Shown: piece by piece, positions 38,590 to 50,100 of the stretch
Layout: the number at the start of each line of letters is the position of its first letter
Numbering within the stretch: the first letter of the stretch is position 1
Origin: Thermoplasmatota archaeon
GTDB taxonomy: Archaea; Thermoplasmatota; Penumbrarchaeia; Penumbrarchaeales; Penumbrarchaeaceae
DNA length: 58,341 nucleotides
Reading direction: 5' to 3'
Assembly: GCA_965234725.1 (NCBI GenBank)
Contig: CBDDUX010000044.1
Location: 1 to 58,341, forward strand
Made by a program: the position numbers and the translations under genes
Notes under the pieces: generated by a model
What the model was told of the DNA's origin: nothing
Databases searched by the model: none
What the model saw: only the letters and a program-made list of their open reading frames with translations

Positions 38590-39725
38590 GACCTGGAAAC
38601 ATCCTCAAGAATGTCCATTCCTTTGTCTATCTGTTCCCTTGAACTCACGAAGGAGAACCTCATGTGATTTTCACCACTCGGACCGAATGTGGACCCTGGT
38701 GAACAGATCAGACCCTTTCTGGCAAGCTCCATTGCGAAATCTGTTGAGAGGACCCTTTTCCCATCATTATAGAGTTCGAATGCAGGGAACGAATAAAAGG
38801 TCCCCCTTGGTATAATTGCCTGGAATCCCCCTATAGAATTCAATCTCTTTGTTATGAGGTCCCTTCTTTCCTGGAACTCTGAAACCATATTTTCAACGAA
38901 CCCATTGGATCCTCTTAAGGCTGCGAGTGCCCCGTATTGCATCGGTGTTGAGGGACAAGCTACCATGTGATAATGTGCAAGTTTCAACTTGGCGATCATC
39001 TCTTTGGATGCTGCCATGTACCCCATTCTCCAGCCGGTCATTGCAAAGATCTTGGAGAAAGAATTGACCATAACAGATTTTTCGTAAACACCTAAGAACG
39101 AGTGGTGGACAGAACCGCTATAGACCATTGTATCGTAAACCTCATCAGAGATGATCACCAGGTTCTTGTCCCTGGCGAGGTCCACAATATCGTCCCGATC
39201 CTGTCTTGTCAGCATTCCACCTGTGGGATTGGAGGGGGAATTCACGATCAGAACACCTGTCTTCTCATCCACTGATCTCTCCATCTCTTCCAGATCCGGC
39301 CTGAATTCATTTTGGATACTCAGGGGATATTCATAGAAGGAGGCCCCCATCATTCTGGTGTGCGGTCGGTAGAGGACAAAACCAGGATCTGGTAGAAGGA
39401 CCTTGGAACATCTCTCTATAAATGTCAATGCACAGGAGAAAAGGGCTTCGGAACCTGAGCTGGTGACCACTATGTTATCAGCATGTATGTCCTTCCAATA
39501 GATCCTCAGTCTATCGGCTATAGCCTCTCTCAAGGGTGTTATCCCAGTCGTTGGACCGTATTTGTTGAACCCCATCCTCATTGCCTCACCTACGGCCTCT
39601 ACAGCTTCAGGTGGGGGTTGGAAATCGGGTTCGCCAAGACCAAGATTGATGGAATCCTCTCTGGAGAGTTCGAACATCTTCCTGAGCCCTGAAAGCTCTA
39701 TTCCTTCCATTCTTTGGGAGAACAT
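38577..39725 (-). CDS. PLP-dependent aminotransferase class I/II (aspartate aminotransferase-like)
   Basis: LGLGEPDF, NSPSNPTG, ISDEVY, NSFSKIFAMTGWRMGY. Confidence 0.93.
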   Translation of the reverse strand: MFSQRMEGIELSGLRKMFELSREDSINLGLGEPDFQPPPEAVEAVGEAMRMGFNKYGPTTGITPLREAIADRLRIYWKDIHADNIVVTSSGSEALFSCALTFIERCSKVLLPDPGFVLYRPHTRMMGASFYEYPLSIQNEFRPDLEEMERSVDEKTGVLIVNSPSNPTGGMLTRQDRDDIVDLARDKNLVIISDEVYDTMVYSGSVHHSFLGVYEKSVMVNSFSKIFAMTGWRMGYMAASKEMIAKLKLAHYHMVACPSTPMQYGALAALRGSNGFVENMVSEFQERRDLITKRLNSIGGFQAIIPRGTFYSFPAFELYNDGKRVLSTDFAMELARKGLICSPGSTFGPSGENHMRFSFVSSREQIDKGMDILEDVSRSYVK

Positions 39726-39908
39726 GGGTGCACCAATCCCTTATGGTTGAAGGATATTATAATCTATCCTGGTACATCCATCCCTGTTTTCTCATTAATT
39801 TTACAATGTAGCCGCAACATTAAATAACGATCCGAGTCCATAAACCGGCAATCTTTATATATAGAAGGGGCCTTCCATGGTAGGTCCCACTCAATCTGGT
39901 GTATCCAA

Positions 39909-40667
39909 ATGTATCCCCGAATAGCCCTCTACCACGACAGTGCCAGCGGAGAGAGGTATGAGGAAAAGGCATTCAAGAAAACAGGGGTCAAGTATGAGAA
40001 GATAGGCCCGAAGGATATGGTCAAGGATATACTGGATCGGTATGATGTTCTCTTCCTTCCCGGAGCTTTTCCTTTGAAGACACATAATAAAGGCGGTTTT
40101 TTATCATTCCTTTCTTTCCTCAGAAGGCTTGCATTGAACTACAGGGGTACTCTCCTGGACTATATCAAGGGAGGTGGAGGTCTTGTCGCCGTTTGTGCAT
40201 CCGTTGCTGTAATGGGCAACAGGATGGCCATTCCCCTTCCGATAAAACCTTACTTCATCGGATCTCCACCACTGGGTGTATTTGATTTCCATTCAAAGTA
40301 TGGTCAAAAGACAGGCGTCGTTGATCTTGAACCCATGGAATACAGGAAGAGCCCGGAGGCACGGAGGATAGTTAATGATGTATTGGGTGATTACAGCGAG
40401 GATCAGTTCTCTTCCCTATATTTCAGGGGACCTGCTGTAACATATGATAAAAAACTGGATATTATCCACCCCTCAATCAATGCTGAGGATGGTCCCAAAG
40501 AGGTTGTGGTGGCCCGATATGCGGATGAGGATCCACTTCTAAAGGATAAGGGAGCCATCGTTTACAAGGAATATGGTAACGGAAAGTCCATATCCTGTTC
40601 TGTCCATCCTGAATTCTCCACCTGGGACCTCTTCGATTCTATGATCGATGTGGTTGCAAGGAATTAG
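39909..40667 (+). CDS. Class I glutamine-amidotransferase-like (BPL_N-type) protein
   Basis: DVLFLPG, YIKGGGGLVAVCAS (nucleophile elbow Cys), HPE. Confidence 0.7.
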   Translation: MYPRIALYHDSASGERYEEKAFKKTGVKYEKIGPKDMVKDILDRYDVLFLPGAFPLKTHNKGGFLSFLSFLRRLALNYRGTLLDYIKGGGGLVAVCASVAVMGNRMAIPLPIKPYFIGSPPLGVFDFHSKYGQKTGVVDLEPMEYRKSPEARRIVNDVLGDYSEDQFSSLYFRGPAVTYDKKLDIIHPSINAEDGPKEVVVARYADEDPLLKDKGAIVYKEYGNGKSISCSVHPEFSTWDLFDSMIDVVARN

Positions 40668-40679
40668 GAGATCGATAAT

Positions 40680-41216
40680 ATGGTCTTTGACATGGAAGGA
40701 GAGTTCTACAAGCTTGCTAAAAGGATTCTTTCCTCACCAAAGAACCTTTTCAAGATGGCAGCCCTCTCTCCCAAGACAGGCAGGGTCACCTTGATGGGTG
40801 CCGATAACTTTGTTGTGGTTACCTCGTCCGTCCTTAGAAGTTTAACTCGATCAACTGAGAAGAAGGCATACCAGACCGGAAAGAGATGCGGTAAGGAGAT
40901 GCTTGGAACCCTTGTAAAGGAATTCGATGAGGAGGTTGCTGACCTTGAACCCAAGAAGATGTTCGACCTTGGTCTTCCTCTCTGCTCGAGTACCGGTTGG
41001 GGCAAGTTCGAACTTCTTTCACTTAACGTAAAAAGATCATCGATATCGATCAAAGCCGAGGATACCATTGAACTCAATTATCCAAGGGCAGACCACAATA
41101 TGCTGACCTGCGGTTTGCTTGCAGGCATATCCAGCATCTGCCTTCGCAAGGATATCGATGGAATCGTCAAGGAGACATCAGACAACCATGTCGTCTTCAT
41201 CTTCAATATGCAATAA
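40680..41216 (+). CDS. V4R-domain (small-ligand-binding) protein
   Basis: AYQTGKRCG...GWGKFE...CGLLAG pattern. Confidence 0.7.
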   Translation: MVFDMEGEFYKLAKRILSSPKNLFKMAALSPKTGRVTLMGADNFVVVTSSVLRSLTRSTEKKAYQTGKRCGKEMLGTLVKEFDEEVADLEPKKMFDLGLPLCSSTGWGKFELLSLNVKRSSISIKAEDTIELNYPRADHNMLTCGLLAGISSICLRKDIDGIVKETSDNHVVFIFNMQ

Positions 41217-41267
41217 CGTTGTTACAAATACAAAAACATTAAACAATATCTCCACCTTGACTTTTAC

Positions 41268-41723
41268 TTGATGCCAGAAGGGATCGCCATACGTAGAGTG
41301 GAAGGGAAGGATATCTCCAGGATAAAGACGATCGCAGATAGCAGATTAAGAGAGGAATACTCAGTTGATCTTTTCAATTTCTTCTTTGAGAAGCATCCCG
41401 AATGTTTCCTTGTGGCGAATGCTGGGAATGAGATCATCGGTTTCATCGTGGGTGTGCCTCTTGACAATACCACATTGAGGATAATGATGCTCGCAGTTAC
41501 ATTTGAGTATAACATGAAGGGCATCGGTTCCTCCCTCCTGAATGACAGCCTAAATTATGCAAAGAGCAGGATGATGACATCTATTGTTCTCGAGGTGGGA
41601 ACAGAGAATTCCGATGCCTTGGATTTCTACAGCAAGAGAGGTTTCAAAGTAACTGGACTACTGCCTAAGTATTACAAGGACAAGAGTGACGCATTTGTAA
41701 TGAAGCGATATATTGTCATGTAG
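41268..41723 (+). CDS. rimI: RimI/Ard1-like N-acetyltransferase (GNAT)
   Basis: LAV..EY..KGIGSSLL, LEV..EN..ALDFYSKRGF, YYKD..DAFVM. Confidence 0.85.
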   Translation: MMPEGIAIRRVEGKDISRIKTIADSRLREEYSVDLFNFFFEKHPECFLVANAGNEIIGFIVGVPLDNTTLRIMMLAVTFEYNMKGIGSSLLNDSLNYAKSRMMTSIVLEVGTENSDALDFYSKRGFKVTGLLPKYYKDKSDAFVMKRYIVM

Positions 41724-42855
41724 CCTCATTATTGGTGACAAAGGTCCTATCTCTCTTCCTCCCCTTAATCTTGTAGTAGTATAACGGGTTGTTCATCCAT
41801 TCCTTCTCGCAAAGATGGTCAGGATTGAAGCATATTCCACCGCTTTTCATGGTATCGCAGTTGGGTGCCCTGTATGATGTCGTTGAGGAGGTTCCAGTAA
41901 TATGTTCTACCTGGTATTTTACCAGGTCCTCCTTGAAGTCAGGAGCTGTTGTGAAGACCCGGAAGATATCTTCTTGTGACATCCCTATGGCATTTAGGAA
42001 CGTCACCAATGCGAACCTTGCATGATGGGGAAGATTCTCTCCTGCCTGGGACATGCCAAGGATCTGTCTCATACAAGGTGGGAGTCTTGTTATGCTCATC
42101 CTTCCTAGATCCGTGGGAGAATATCTCTTCTTCCTGCTTTTGACCTTCTCATTCAATGATTCTATCCTCACTTTCAAGGTGGCTTCATTCGGCACAGGTG
42201 GTTTATCACTTAGTCCCTCCTCAACCCTTTCCCTTATCCTTTCCTGTATCAATCGAACATATGCTTCTCTTTCGACACCCACAAGACCTGAGATCATTCT
42301 CCGGTTGACAAGGTCCCAGGTTGGTCCCGTAATATTCCTTCTGGAATAGAGGAAATCAGTGAACCTTATCCAGATGGTCCCAGTTTCAGTTATGTTCTTC
42401 TCTTTATGGAGTTTCAATCTAACGTTTTGAAATCTCCTACCCACCCCTCCATCAACTGATAGTCCTGATGGCGATGGTTGCTGTGGAAGTCCAAGCTCTT
42501 CCCCTATCGATCTGATAACCCCTATGTCCTCCTTTTGAAGGTAGGACCTGGCCCTTTCACCTTCATGGTGAGAGAACCATTTTATCAGATGCCTGTCACC
42601 AACTGCAGCAACCAGGAACCTGGCAACAGGATAGGAGAGAAGGTCAGATTCCACTTCCCCAATCCCTCTCCTCAACTCGGTATTGATCTCCCTGCCCTCA
42701 ACAGCCTCCTCTATCCTGGTAACAGCTCTGTCTAAGACATTTGAGTTATCCGGAGAAAGCATCTGCTGAAGTGTAAGGGCCATATTCCTGACCCTTTTCC
42801 TCGAAACCTCGAGGAAGGGATATCTCGATATCTGGTTCTGGTCCAATTCAACCAT
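41716..42855 (-). CDS. priL: DNA primase large subunit
   Basis: RYPFL, LPPCM, GENLPHHARFAL, APDF, YQVEHI, PNCDTMK..GIC, NPLYYY. Confidence 0.95.
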   Translation of the reverse strand: MVELDQNQISRYPFLEVSRKRVRNMALTLQQMLSPDNSNVLDRAVTRIEEAVEGREINTELRRGIGEVESDLLSYPVARFLVAAVGDRHLIKWFSHHEGERARSYLQKEDIGVIRSIGEELGLPQQPSPSGLSVDGGVGRRFQNVRLKLHKEKNITETGTIWIRFTDFLYSRRNITGPTWDLVNRRMISGLVGVEREAYVRLIQERIRERVEEGLSDKPPVPNEATLKVRIESLNEKVKSRKKRYSPTDLGRMSITRLPPCMRQILGMSQAGENLPHHARFALVTFLNAIGMSQEDIFRVFTTAPDFKEDLVKYQVEHITGTSSTTSYRAPNCDTMKSGGICFNPDHLCEKEWMNNPLYYYKIKGRKRDRTFVTNNEAT

Positions 42856-42863
42856 TTCAAACC

Positions 42864-43001
42864 CTAGAAGTAGTTAACGGCCCCAACTGTGAAACCGCAG
42901 TTACCGCAGTAGATCAGCTGATACCCGGTCATATCCTTCAGCCTAGCATGGACACTTAGATTCGATTGGCAGGCGGGACATTGGGGATTGTTCTGGTCCA
43001 T
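42864..43001 (-). CDS. Small zinc-ribbon protein (45 aa), below the ORF-track cutoff
   Basis: Own translation: MDQNNPQCPACQSNLSVHARLKDMTGYQLIYCGNCGFTVGAVNYF*; CPxC and CxxCG; stop 8 nt before the priL start. Confidence 0.75.
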   Translation of the reverse strand: MDQNNPQCPACQSNLSVHARLKDMTGYQLIYCGNCGFTVGAVNYF

Positions 43002-43110
43002 AGGACCATTACTGCAATAGAGTAGAAAAGGCAGGTCCCGGGAGGTATCCGAAAATATCCATGGTAACAGTTATCATTGGGCCCCTCATTACCAGAAAGT
43101 TGGTGAGAAG

Positions 43111-44346
43111 ATGACTGATGTTCTTGAAAGGTTCTTGAGATATGTCAAAGTATGGACCACCTCCGAGGAAGGTGTGGAGGATAGATATCCCTCGACAGAG
43201 AGGCAAAAGGACCTGCTTTCCCTCCTTATGGAAGAAATGAGAGGTATGGGAGTCGAGGATGCTGAGATGGACGATTACGGTTATGTTATGGGAACTCTTG
43301 GATCGAACCTGCCAAAGGGTGCCGAAGCTCCAACATTGGGCCTGATAGCACATGTTGATACATCTCCGGATGTTTCGGGTAAGAATGTAGATCCCATTCT
43401 TCATGAACATTACGATGGATCCGATATAGTTCTTCCTGGAGATGAGAATGTGGTCATCAAGGTCATCGAGAATCCACATCTCCTTGAAAATATTAAGGGA
43501 ACGATAATAACATCTGATGGGACAACCCTTCTTGGAGCTGATGATAAGGCCGGAGTTGCCGAGATAATGGCGGCCATCAGGGTCCTTTTGGATGATCCAT
43601 CCATTCCACATGGAAGGATACGGATCGGTTTCACTCCCGATGAGGAAGTGGGCAATGGGACGAAGTATTTCGATGTGGGGAAATTCGGTGCCGATATCGC
43701 ATACACCATGGATGGAGGGGTGATAGGTGAGGTGGAGGATGAGACATTCAACGCAATGGCAGCCACTTTTTCAATTAGAGGAATGAACGTCCACCCGGGA
43801 TATGCCAAGGATAAGATGGTTAATGCTGTAAGGATCATTACCGAGATAGCAGACATGATACCTGCCACAATTTCACCGGAAATGACCGAAGGGTCTGTTG
43901 GGTACCTGCATCCTCACCAGATCGAGGGGAATGTAGAGGAAGCGAAACTCAAGGTCCTTATCCGTGATTTCACAATGGAGGGGATGGGAGAGAAGGTCAA
44001 TATCCTTGAGAATATTGCTGAACTTCAGAGGGCGAAGTATCCCAATGCGGATATTGACCTGGATATCAAAGAATCCTATCGGAACATGAAGTTCAAGCTT
44101 GACGAGGAGCCACGAGCAGTTAGTTATGCATTGGAAGCGGTAAAAAAAGCGGGGATTGTACCTGTTCAGAAAAAGATCAGGGGGGGAACCGATGGTGCAA
44201 TGCTTTCATATAAAGGGCTTCCTACACCCAATATATTCGCCGGTGGAATGAACTTCCATTCCAAGACCGAATACATACCACTTGAGTCCATGGAGGCAGC
44301 TGTAAGAACCATCATCGAACTGGTGAAGATATTCTCAGAAAAATGA
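43111..44346 (+). CDS. pepT: Peptidase T (M20B tripeptidase)
   Basis: IAHVDTSPD, TTLLGADDKAG, FTPDEEVG, VHPGYAKDKMVNA, IRGGTDG, NFHS. Confidence 0.95.
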   Translation: MTDVLERFLRYVKVWTTSEEGVEDRYPSTERQKDLLSLLMEEMRGMGVEDAEMDDYGYVMGTLGSNLPKGAEAPTLGLIAHVDTSPDVSGKNVDPILHEHYDGSDIVLPGDENVVIKVIENPHLLENIKGTIITSDGTTLLGADDKAGVAEIMAAIRVLLDDPSIPHGRIRIGFTPDEEVGNGTKYFDVGKFGADIAYTMDGGVIGEVEDETFNAMAATFSIRGMNVHPGYAKDKMVNAVRIITEIADMIPATISPEMTEGSVGYLHPHQIEGNVEEAKLKVLIRDFTMEGMGEKVNILENIAELQRAKYPNADIDLDIKESYRNMKFKLDEEPRAVSYALEAVKKAGIVPVQKKIRGGTDGAMLSYKGLPTPNIFAGGMNFHSKTEYIPLESMEAAVRTIIELVKIFSEK

Positions 44347-44413
44347 TAATATGAACCTCCGTCCTCGCAAGTGAGGCAAAGTTTAAATATGAACCTCTGG
44401 GATTTTATCTCTC

Positions 44414-47098
44414 ATGAGCCGCTTTCCAGCCATAGTTTTGATCATGACCTTGATATCGGGGGCCCTCTTCTTTTCAACGGTGGATCCCGACTCTGCTGAT
44501 CCCGTTCGAAATGGAGGAGTCGATCTTACCGCAACGGTCAACCTGCCCATGAAAGGTGGATCCTATCAAACCGAACTCGGTCTATCAGTCAACATTACAG
44601 TTTTCAACATAGGGAACATGACAACCAACAAGACTGGAAGGGCTTCACTTGTGATCAGGGACAACCATACAGGCGAGGTAGCTCATTCAGCTATGAGTCA
44701 AACTTTCACAGATCTTGAAGCGGGTCATAAGATCAATATTACTTTCCAGAACTGGACCAATCCTTATGCTGGAGAGTTCTTATTGAACGTTTCCATACTC
44801 TACACCGGTGATATCAATTTGACAAATAATTATATCGAATCCAATTTCACAATGTGGACCAAGAATTGGCCTTTTCCCCCCAAGTTCGATTCCTGGAATG
44901 TTGAACCAAAAAAAGGGAACACAACAACCATATTCAAATATCAGGTCGAATACAATTACAATAAACCTCCTCAGGAAGTTAGGGTTGAGATAGATGGTAT
45001 CAATCATACAATGATAGAATCAGATCCGACAGATAAGATATACCAGGACGGGAAGTCTTACGAATACAAAACGAAACTGCCTATGGGAAATCACAGATAC
45101 CGGATATTTTCCCTGGTCCAGGATTGGAACGATCTGAAGACCGACAACATATCCTTCCCATGGGTCAATATATCTCTCAAGAACCAGCAGGTAACTCCCA
45201 TGAAAGGATACGTTACTACCCCTTTCAGGTTCTCGGTTGAATACGGATCCACCAACAGTCTTCCACCCGATGAGATTTTCGTATTGGCAAATGGAAAGAG
45301 GTTCGATCTGAAACTGAAAAGCCCGACACCGATCTATCTGAGAGGTGATGTCAGGTACGAGGCCACAGTAAAGGGGATAGATATACTTCCATCTCCCCTT
45401 GAGTATACATTTAATGTGATCACCGGTCCGGATGAGTATGTTATTGGACCATTCCAGATGGAGGGCCCTTCATCCAACAAATTCACCGTTTCCGGGATCG
45501 TTACAGACCTTGAGATGTCACCCCTTGAGGGGGTCAAGGTTAAAATCGAACCTGGTGTGGAGGTGGAAACCAATGAATTGGGCCAATATTCGATAGAGAC
45601 GTATGAGGGCCCATCCTTCACAATAGAATATTCCCTTGAAGGTTTTGAAGAGGAACAGTACACTCTGAACTTCTTTGAGGACAGGAGGTTGGATATCGAC
45701 CTTGCACCTCTTCCTGTGGGGGCTTCCCTGTTCGGATATGTTTTCATGGGTGTGAAAGGCTCCCTCGTTCCTGTTGAGGGAGTCCTTTTAAACCTATCTA
45801 ATCCCGGATATTCAAATGAGACGTTATCGGATGTTAGTGGATATTACATAATCGAGGATGTTCCACAGGGAACCGGATATTTATTGACCGCCTTTGAGGA
45901 GAGGTTCGATCTTTTCAGCACTCATTTGGACATCGATGACGGGACCCTTCTCGCATTCAATATCACTCTTGTTGAGAGGGACATGGGTGTTTCCTTCGAT
46001 CCAGAACCTGGAACAGGAAGGATCCAGGTCACCAAAGGTTTCTTGGTATCTTTCCCGATGGAACCCGATATCTCAACCCTGAATATCTCGTTATCGAACA
46101 GGACATCGGGGATCCCTATTAAGATCGAGCATGAGACCAACGAGACAACAGTGTTCGTGGGGCCAGATGAGCCCCTCAAGTTCAATGAGGTCCTTTCATT
46201 GATAGTAAAAGCAGGAGTTCAATCAAAGGCAGGCAAGTTGATGGTCTGGAGGGATATCAGATCGGAATATATCACGGTCATTCAGGATCGATTCGAAGCA
46301 CCGGTCACGTCACCCTTCCAGGACCAGACATCCGTCCCACTCGACTCCAAGATCTCATTGACATGGGGTATCGGATTGAACATGTCCACATTTTCATACA
46401 AGTTGATCGACCTGGATGATCTGGTCGAGGTCGATACCGATCTGGCTCATACATCTTCTGTGAACTGGAGCGATTCAGGTAGAACCAATACATGGATAAC
46501 CTTGCAACCTTCCAACCTATCTTACGATACACGTTATTCCCTCGAGATCAGCGGTGGACTTTCCGATATCTACGGTTCTGTCCTTTTCACATCCACCTAT
46601 ATCCTTGAGTTCATGACCGAAAGGGAGCCAGACACTGATGGCGACGGTATTGTTGATTCAGAGGATGCATTCCCTGATGATATCAATGAGTGGTCAGATA
46701 GGGATGACGATGGCGTCGGTGATAATTCAGATGCTTTCCCAGATGATCCGAACGAATGGATCGATACCGATGGAGATGGCAAAGGTGACAATGCGGACTC
46801 TGATGATGACAATGACGGGATGCCCGATGAATGGGAGTTGAAATATGGTCTGGATCCCCTTGATCCAACGGATGCCTTCGCTGATAAAGATGGTGACGAA
46901 GCAACCAACCTGGAAGAATATCTTGCGGATAAGGACCCGACCGATAAAGGCTCCAAACCAGATAATGGGGACAACCAAATCCCTTCATGGGTCCTGATCG
47001 TTGGAATTGTGATTCTCATAATGGTGGCATTAGCTGCTGTTATCCTGGTATTAAGGGCAAGGGATTCCGGGAGAAAAGGTCCCTCATTCGAGGAATGA
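44414..47098 (+). CDS. Surface protein: CARDB/Ig-like, carboxypeptidase-regulatory-like, Big_5-like domains, TSP3 repeats, TM anchor
   Basis: Signal peptide; VSGIVTD...PLEGVKV...TNELGQY; LSYDTRYSLEISGGLSDIYG; DTDGDG repeats; TM; PSFEE end. Confidence 0.85.
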   Translation: MSRFPAIVLIMTLISGALFFSTVDPDSADPVRNGGVDLTATVNLPMKGGSYQTELGLSVNITVFNIGNMTTNKTGRASLVIRDNHTGEVAHSAMSQTFTDLEAGHKINITFQNWTNPYAGEFLLNVSILYTGDINLTNNYIESNFTMWTKNWPFPPKFDSWNVEPKKGNTTTIFKYQVEYNYNKPPQEVRVEIDGINHTMIESDPTDKIYQDGKSYEYKTKLPMGNHRYRIFSLVQDWNDLKTDNISFPWVNISLKNQQVTPMKGYVTTPFRFSVEYGSTNSLPPDEIFVLANGKRFDLKLKSPTPIYLRGDVRYEATVKGIDILPSPLEYTFNVITGPDEYVIGPFQMEGPSSNKFTVSGIVTDLEMSPLEGVKVKIEPGVEVETNELGQYSIETYEGPSFTIEYSLEGFEEEQYTLNFFEDRRLDIDLAPLPVGASLFGYVFMGVKGSLVPVEGVLLNLSNPGYSNETLSDVSGYYIIEDVPQGTGYLLTAFEERFDLFSTHLDIDDGTLLAFNITLVERDMGVSFDPEPGTGRIQVTKGFLVSFPMEPDISTLNISLSNRTSGIPIKIEHETNETTVFVGPDEPLKFNEVLSLIVKAGVQSKAGKLMVWRDIRSEYITVIQDRFEAPVTSPFQDQTSVPLDSKISLTWGIGLNMSTFSYKLIDLDDLVEVDTDLAHTSSVNWSDSGRTNTWITLQPSNLSYDTRYSLEISGGLSDIYGSVLFTSTYILEFMTEREPDTDGDGIVDSEDAFPDDINEWSDRDDDGVGDNSDAFPDDPNEWIDTDGDGKGDNADSDDDNDGMPDEWELKYGLDPLDPTDAFADKDGDEATNLEEYLADKDPTDKGSKPDNGDNQIPSWVLIVGIVILIMVALAAVILVLRARDSGRKGPSFEE

Positions 47099-47175
47099 TC
47101 GATCGTCAAAACAGGTATTACCTTCCAGCACTTGTACGGATAACCTTATAAGTAGTGTTATTCCGATAAGGTCAT

Positions 47176-50100
47176 GTGCAGCGGAAACTGATGATACTGG
47201 CACTGATGGCGGTCTTGGTTTTTCCATTCCAAACCCATATTCCATCCGGGGTGGGTATTGTTATGCCCGAACAGGAAATGGGTGATGGCAGGGCTGTGGA
47301 AAAATGGACTGTACTATCATACATGAACGGCGAGGGAGACCTGGAGAAGTTCATTACCGGTGATCTTAATGAGATGGAGCAAATAGGTTCCTCCGATTCT
47401 GTCGATATTGTCGTACAGATAGACCTTGGAGATGGAGGGAATCCCCCCCGCAATCAGGATCCTTTCGAAACCTGGACCGAAACCAGGAGGTACCACGTGG
47501 AATACCATCCTGAGGATGGGATCGGCTCCACTCGTCTGGATGGTGTTGGGTCCCTACCGGTAATGGGAGAGGTGGACATGGATGACCCTGAGTCCCTAAG
47601 AGATTTCCTTGAATGGGGTTTATCTGCCTACCCGGCAGACCATTATATGATTGCGATAGAGGGACACGGCGGAGGTCCTGCAGACGGTCTAATGGAAGAT
47701 CCGAGCTCTTCGGGGTCGGATAAGAAGATGTATGTTTATGAGATGGGTGCTGCCATCAGGAATGCTATTGACAACACTATCGGAGTGCCAGTTGATATAA
47801 TCTCATTCGATATCTGCTGGATGGGCATGGCGGAAGCTGCGGCCGAGATCATGGACCATTCCCGCTATATGGTGGGTTCCTTTGATGAGATCCCCGGAGC
47901 TGGATGGCCATATGACAGATGCTTGAAGAGGATCTTGAACGACACCTCATTAACTCTGAAACAGAGGCTGAAGGGAGTTGTCGAAGAATTCATGGACTAT
48001 TATGATCCCAGTGGTGGGAATTCCTATATGTCCCTTGCAGCTATCGATCTAATGGAGTTCAGGGAAAGGCTTCTTCCTGCTATTGCCGATCTGGGTGAAG
48101 AGCTTTTCTTCTCGGATCCGCAGTATAATGAGATATATAATTCATTGATGCCTCTGATCGATAATCCGCGGAAAAAGGATGATAATGAATGGGATCGGTA
48201 TATCGATCTCTATCAGTTCGCCGAACTACTATCCATGGACCAGAGGGTGCCCCTTAGGGTCAGGGAAGCTGCGGCCGGGGTGATAAGCTCAGAGGATCAG
48301 GTATTGATATATTCTGATGGTGGATCGGATCATCCGTCATCTTCAAGACTTTTTGGTATTTTCTACCCAACGATAAGGAACCAGCAGAATGAATATTCCC
48401 CTCTGGTCCTTTCAGATCTTTCTGCATGGGATGAACTGGCGGCTCTCAGGGTCGAGGAACTTGCCATCGAGGCCTCAGGTGTGAACTGGACGGATCCCAA
48501 TCCAGGGTCCATCCGGTTTGAACTCAGGACAATCACCCCTTCTCTTGTGAACAAGGTTGAGCTGCAGACCATTTTAAATGGTATTCAACAGAATGAATCC
48601 ATTATCGGGACCGGTGGTATGTATGCCAAAACACTTGATGTCAGCGGCTTTGGATCTATTCAATATCGTTATTTGGTAACCGGGAAATATGGAAATGTAA
48701 TAGAATATCCTCCCGATGGGTTCTCGGAGGCCCGGTTCGAAAGAGAAAGCGAACCACCCGAGATCTGGCATCATGTCACACAATCCATCAGCCTTTCATC
48801 TTCAGATCCCGGTCTGACCGTCTTCATCAGGGACGAAACAGGTCTCGATACTGAAATCCCCGCGAGAATCCCACGTATCGAATATCGGGAAACCGGAACG
48901 GAATCATGGTTTTCGGTTCCACTGGCTGAGATGGGATATGATAGGTTCAGGGGATGGGTCGAATACATGGTTATCCCGACAGGGATCCCCTCGAGAACAG
49001 AACTCGAGTATCATTTCCTTGCATCGGATGTGTACGGAAACCAGGCCAGGTTCCCTGATGAAGGAGAGGCCAGTACCACCATGGCAGAGGGTAAACGGTT
49101 CTATCTGGACGGATATCGCTCCAGTCTTCAGGAGCATAATCTCCTTGTGGAGAGGTTTACGGCCATGGGTATGTCTCTAACAACCGGTCTTGGGAGTAAC
49201 ATCCCTGATCTCTCCGGATACAAGGGGTATATCTTGATCCAACCCCAAGAGCCATTGGATGGTTCAGATGCCTCACGAATTCTGGCTTTTCATCAGGGTG
49301 GTGGAGAACTGATGATAGTCCTTGATCCCAACGATGGGGATCAGATCGTCAATGCAAGGTGGATCATGGAGGAAATTGGTCTGGAAGTGACTACAGAGGG
49401 TTATGTTAACGGGTTCTATCCATCCTCACCATCATCCGACCTCGGTGATGATCTTCCCTCCATCGCCGGTACCTCCCAGGGATCATTGATCGCCGGCGAG
49501 GGGATGAACATCGTATTTTACACATCTCCGCCCGGTTCCGCTCTTCTGACCGGATGGTATGGCATGGGAAAATCGGTTATCTCGATACCTTCGATCCTTG
49601 ATGACCAGGTAATGGAATTGGCTTCCAACAGACTGCTTTCTGAATTGCTGATCACTTTCCTTCAAGAGAACAATCCACCTGAAATATCCCATTCTGTCGA
49701 ACCACAGGGTGTGCTTGTTCCTGATCAGGTGTTTGAACTGGACCTTTCGGGGTCGTTCGACAGGGATGGGATAATCGAATCCTATTCCGTGACCTTCTCC
49801 GACAACACCCATATGGAAGGCCTTGATCCTGTCTTCAGTCACTCATTCCAGACCACAGGCTCATATACTGCAGTGATTGAGGTCAGTGACAAAGAGGGTG
49901 CCTCATCTTCGATCACAATATCTTTCAAGGTGAACAGACCCCCGGGAACTGAATTGGGTGTGTCTGGAACCATGATCCATGCAGGTGATACTGTGGTCTT
50001 TGATTACAAGGGATCGGATCCCGATGGGGATGAGGTGTATGTTCTCTGGGAATTCGGTGATGGTTTCAAGGTCTCGGGCAGGACCGTCAGCCATACCTAC

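Noticed and set aside
43009-43611. 200-aa minus-strand ORF
   Set aside because: Antisense shadow of pepT.
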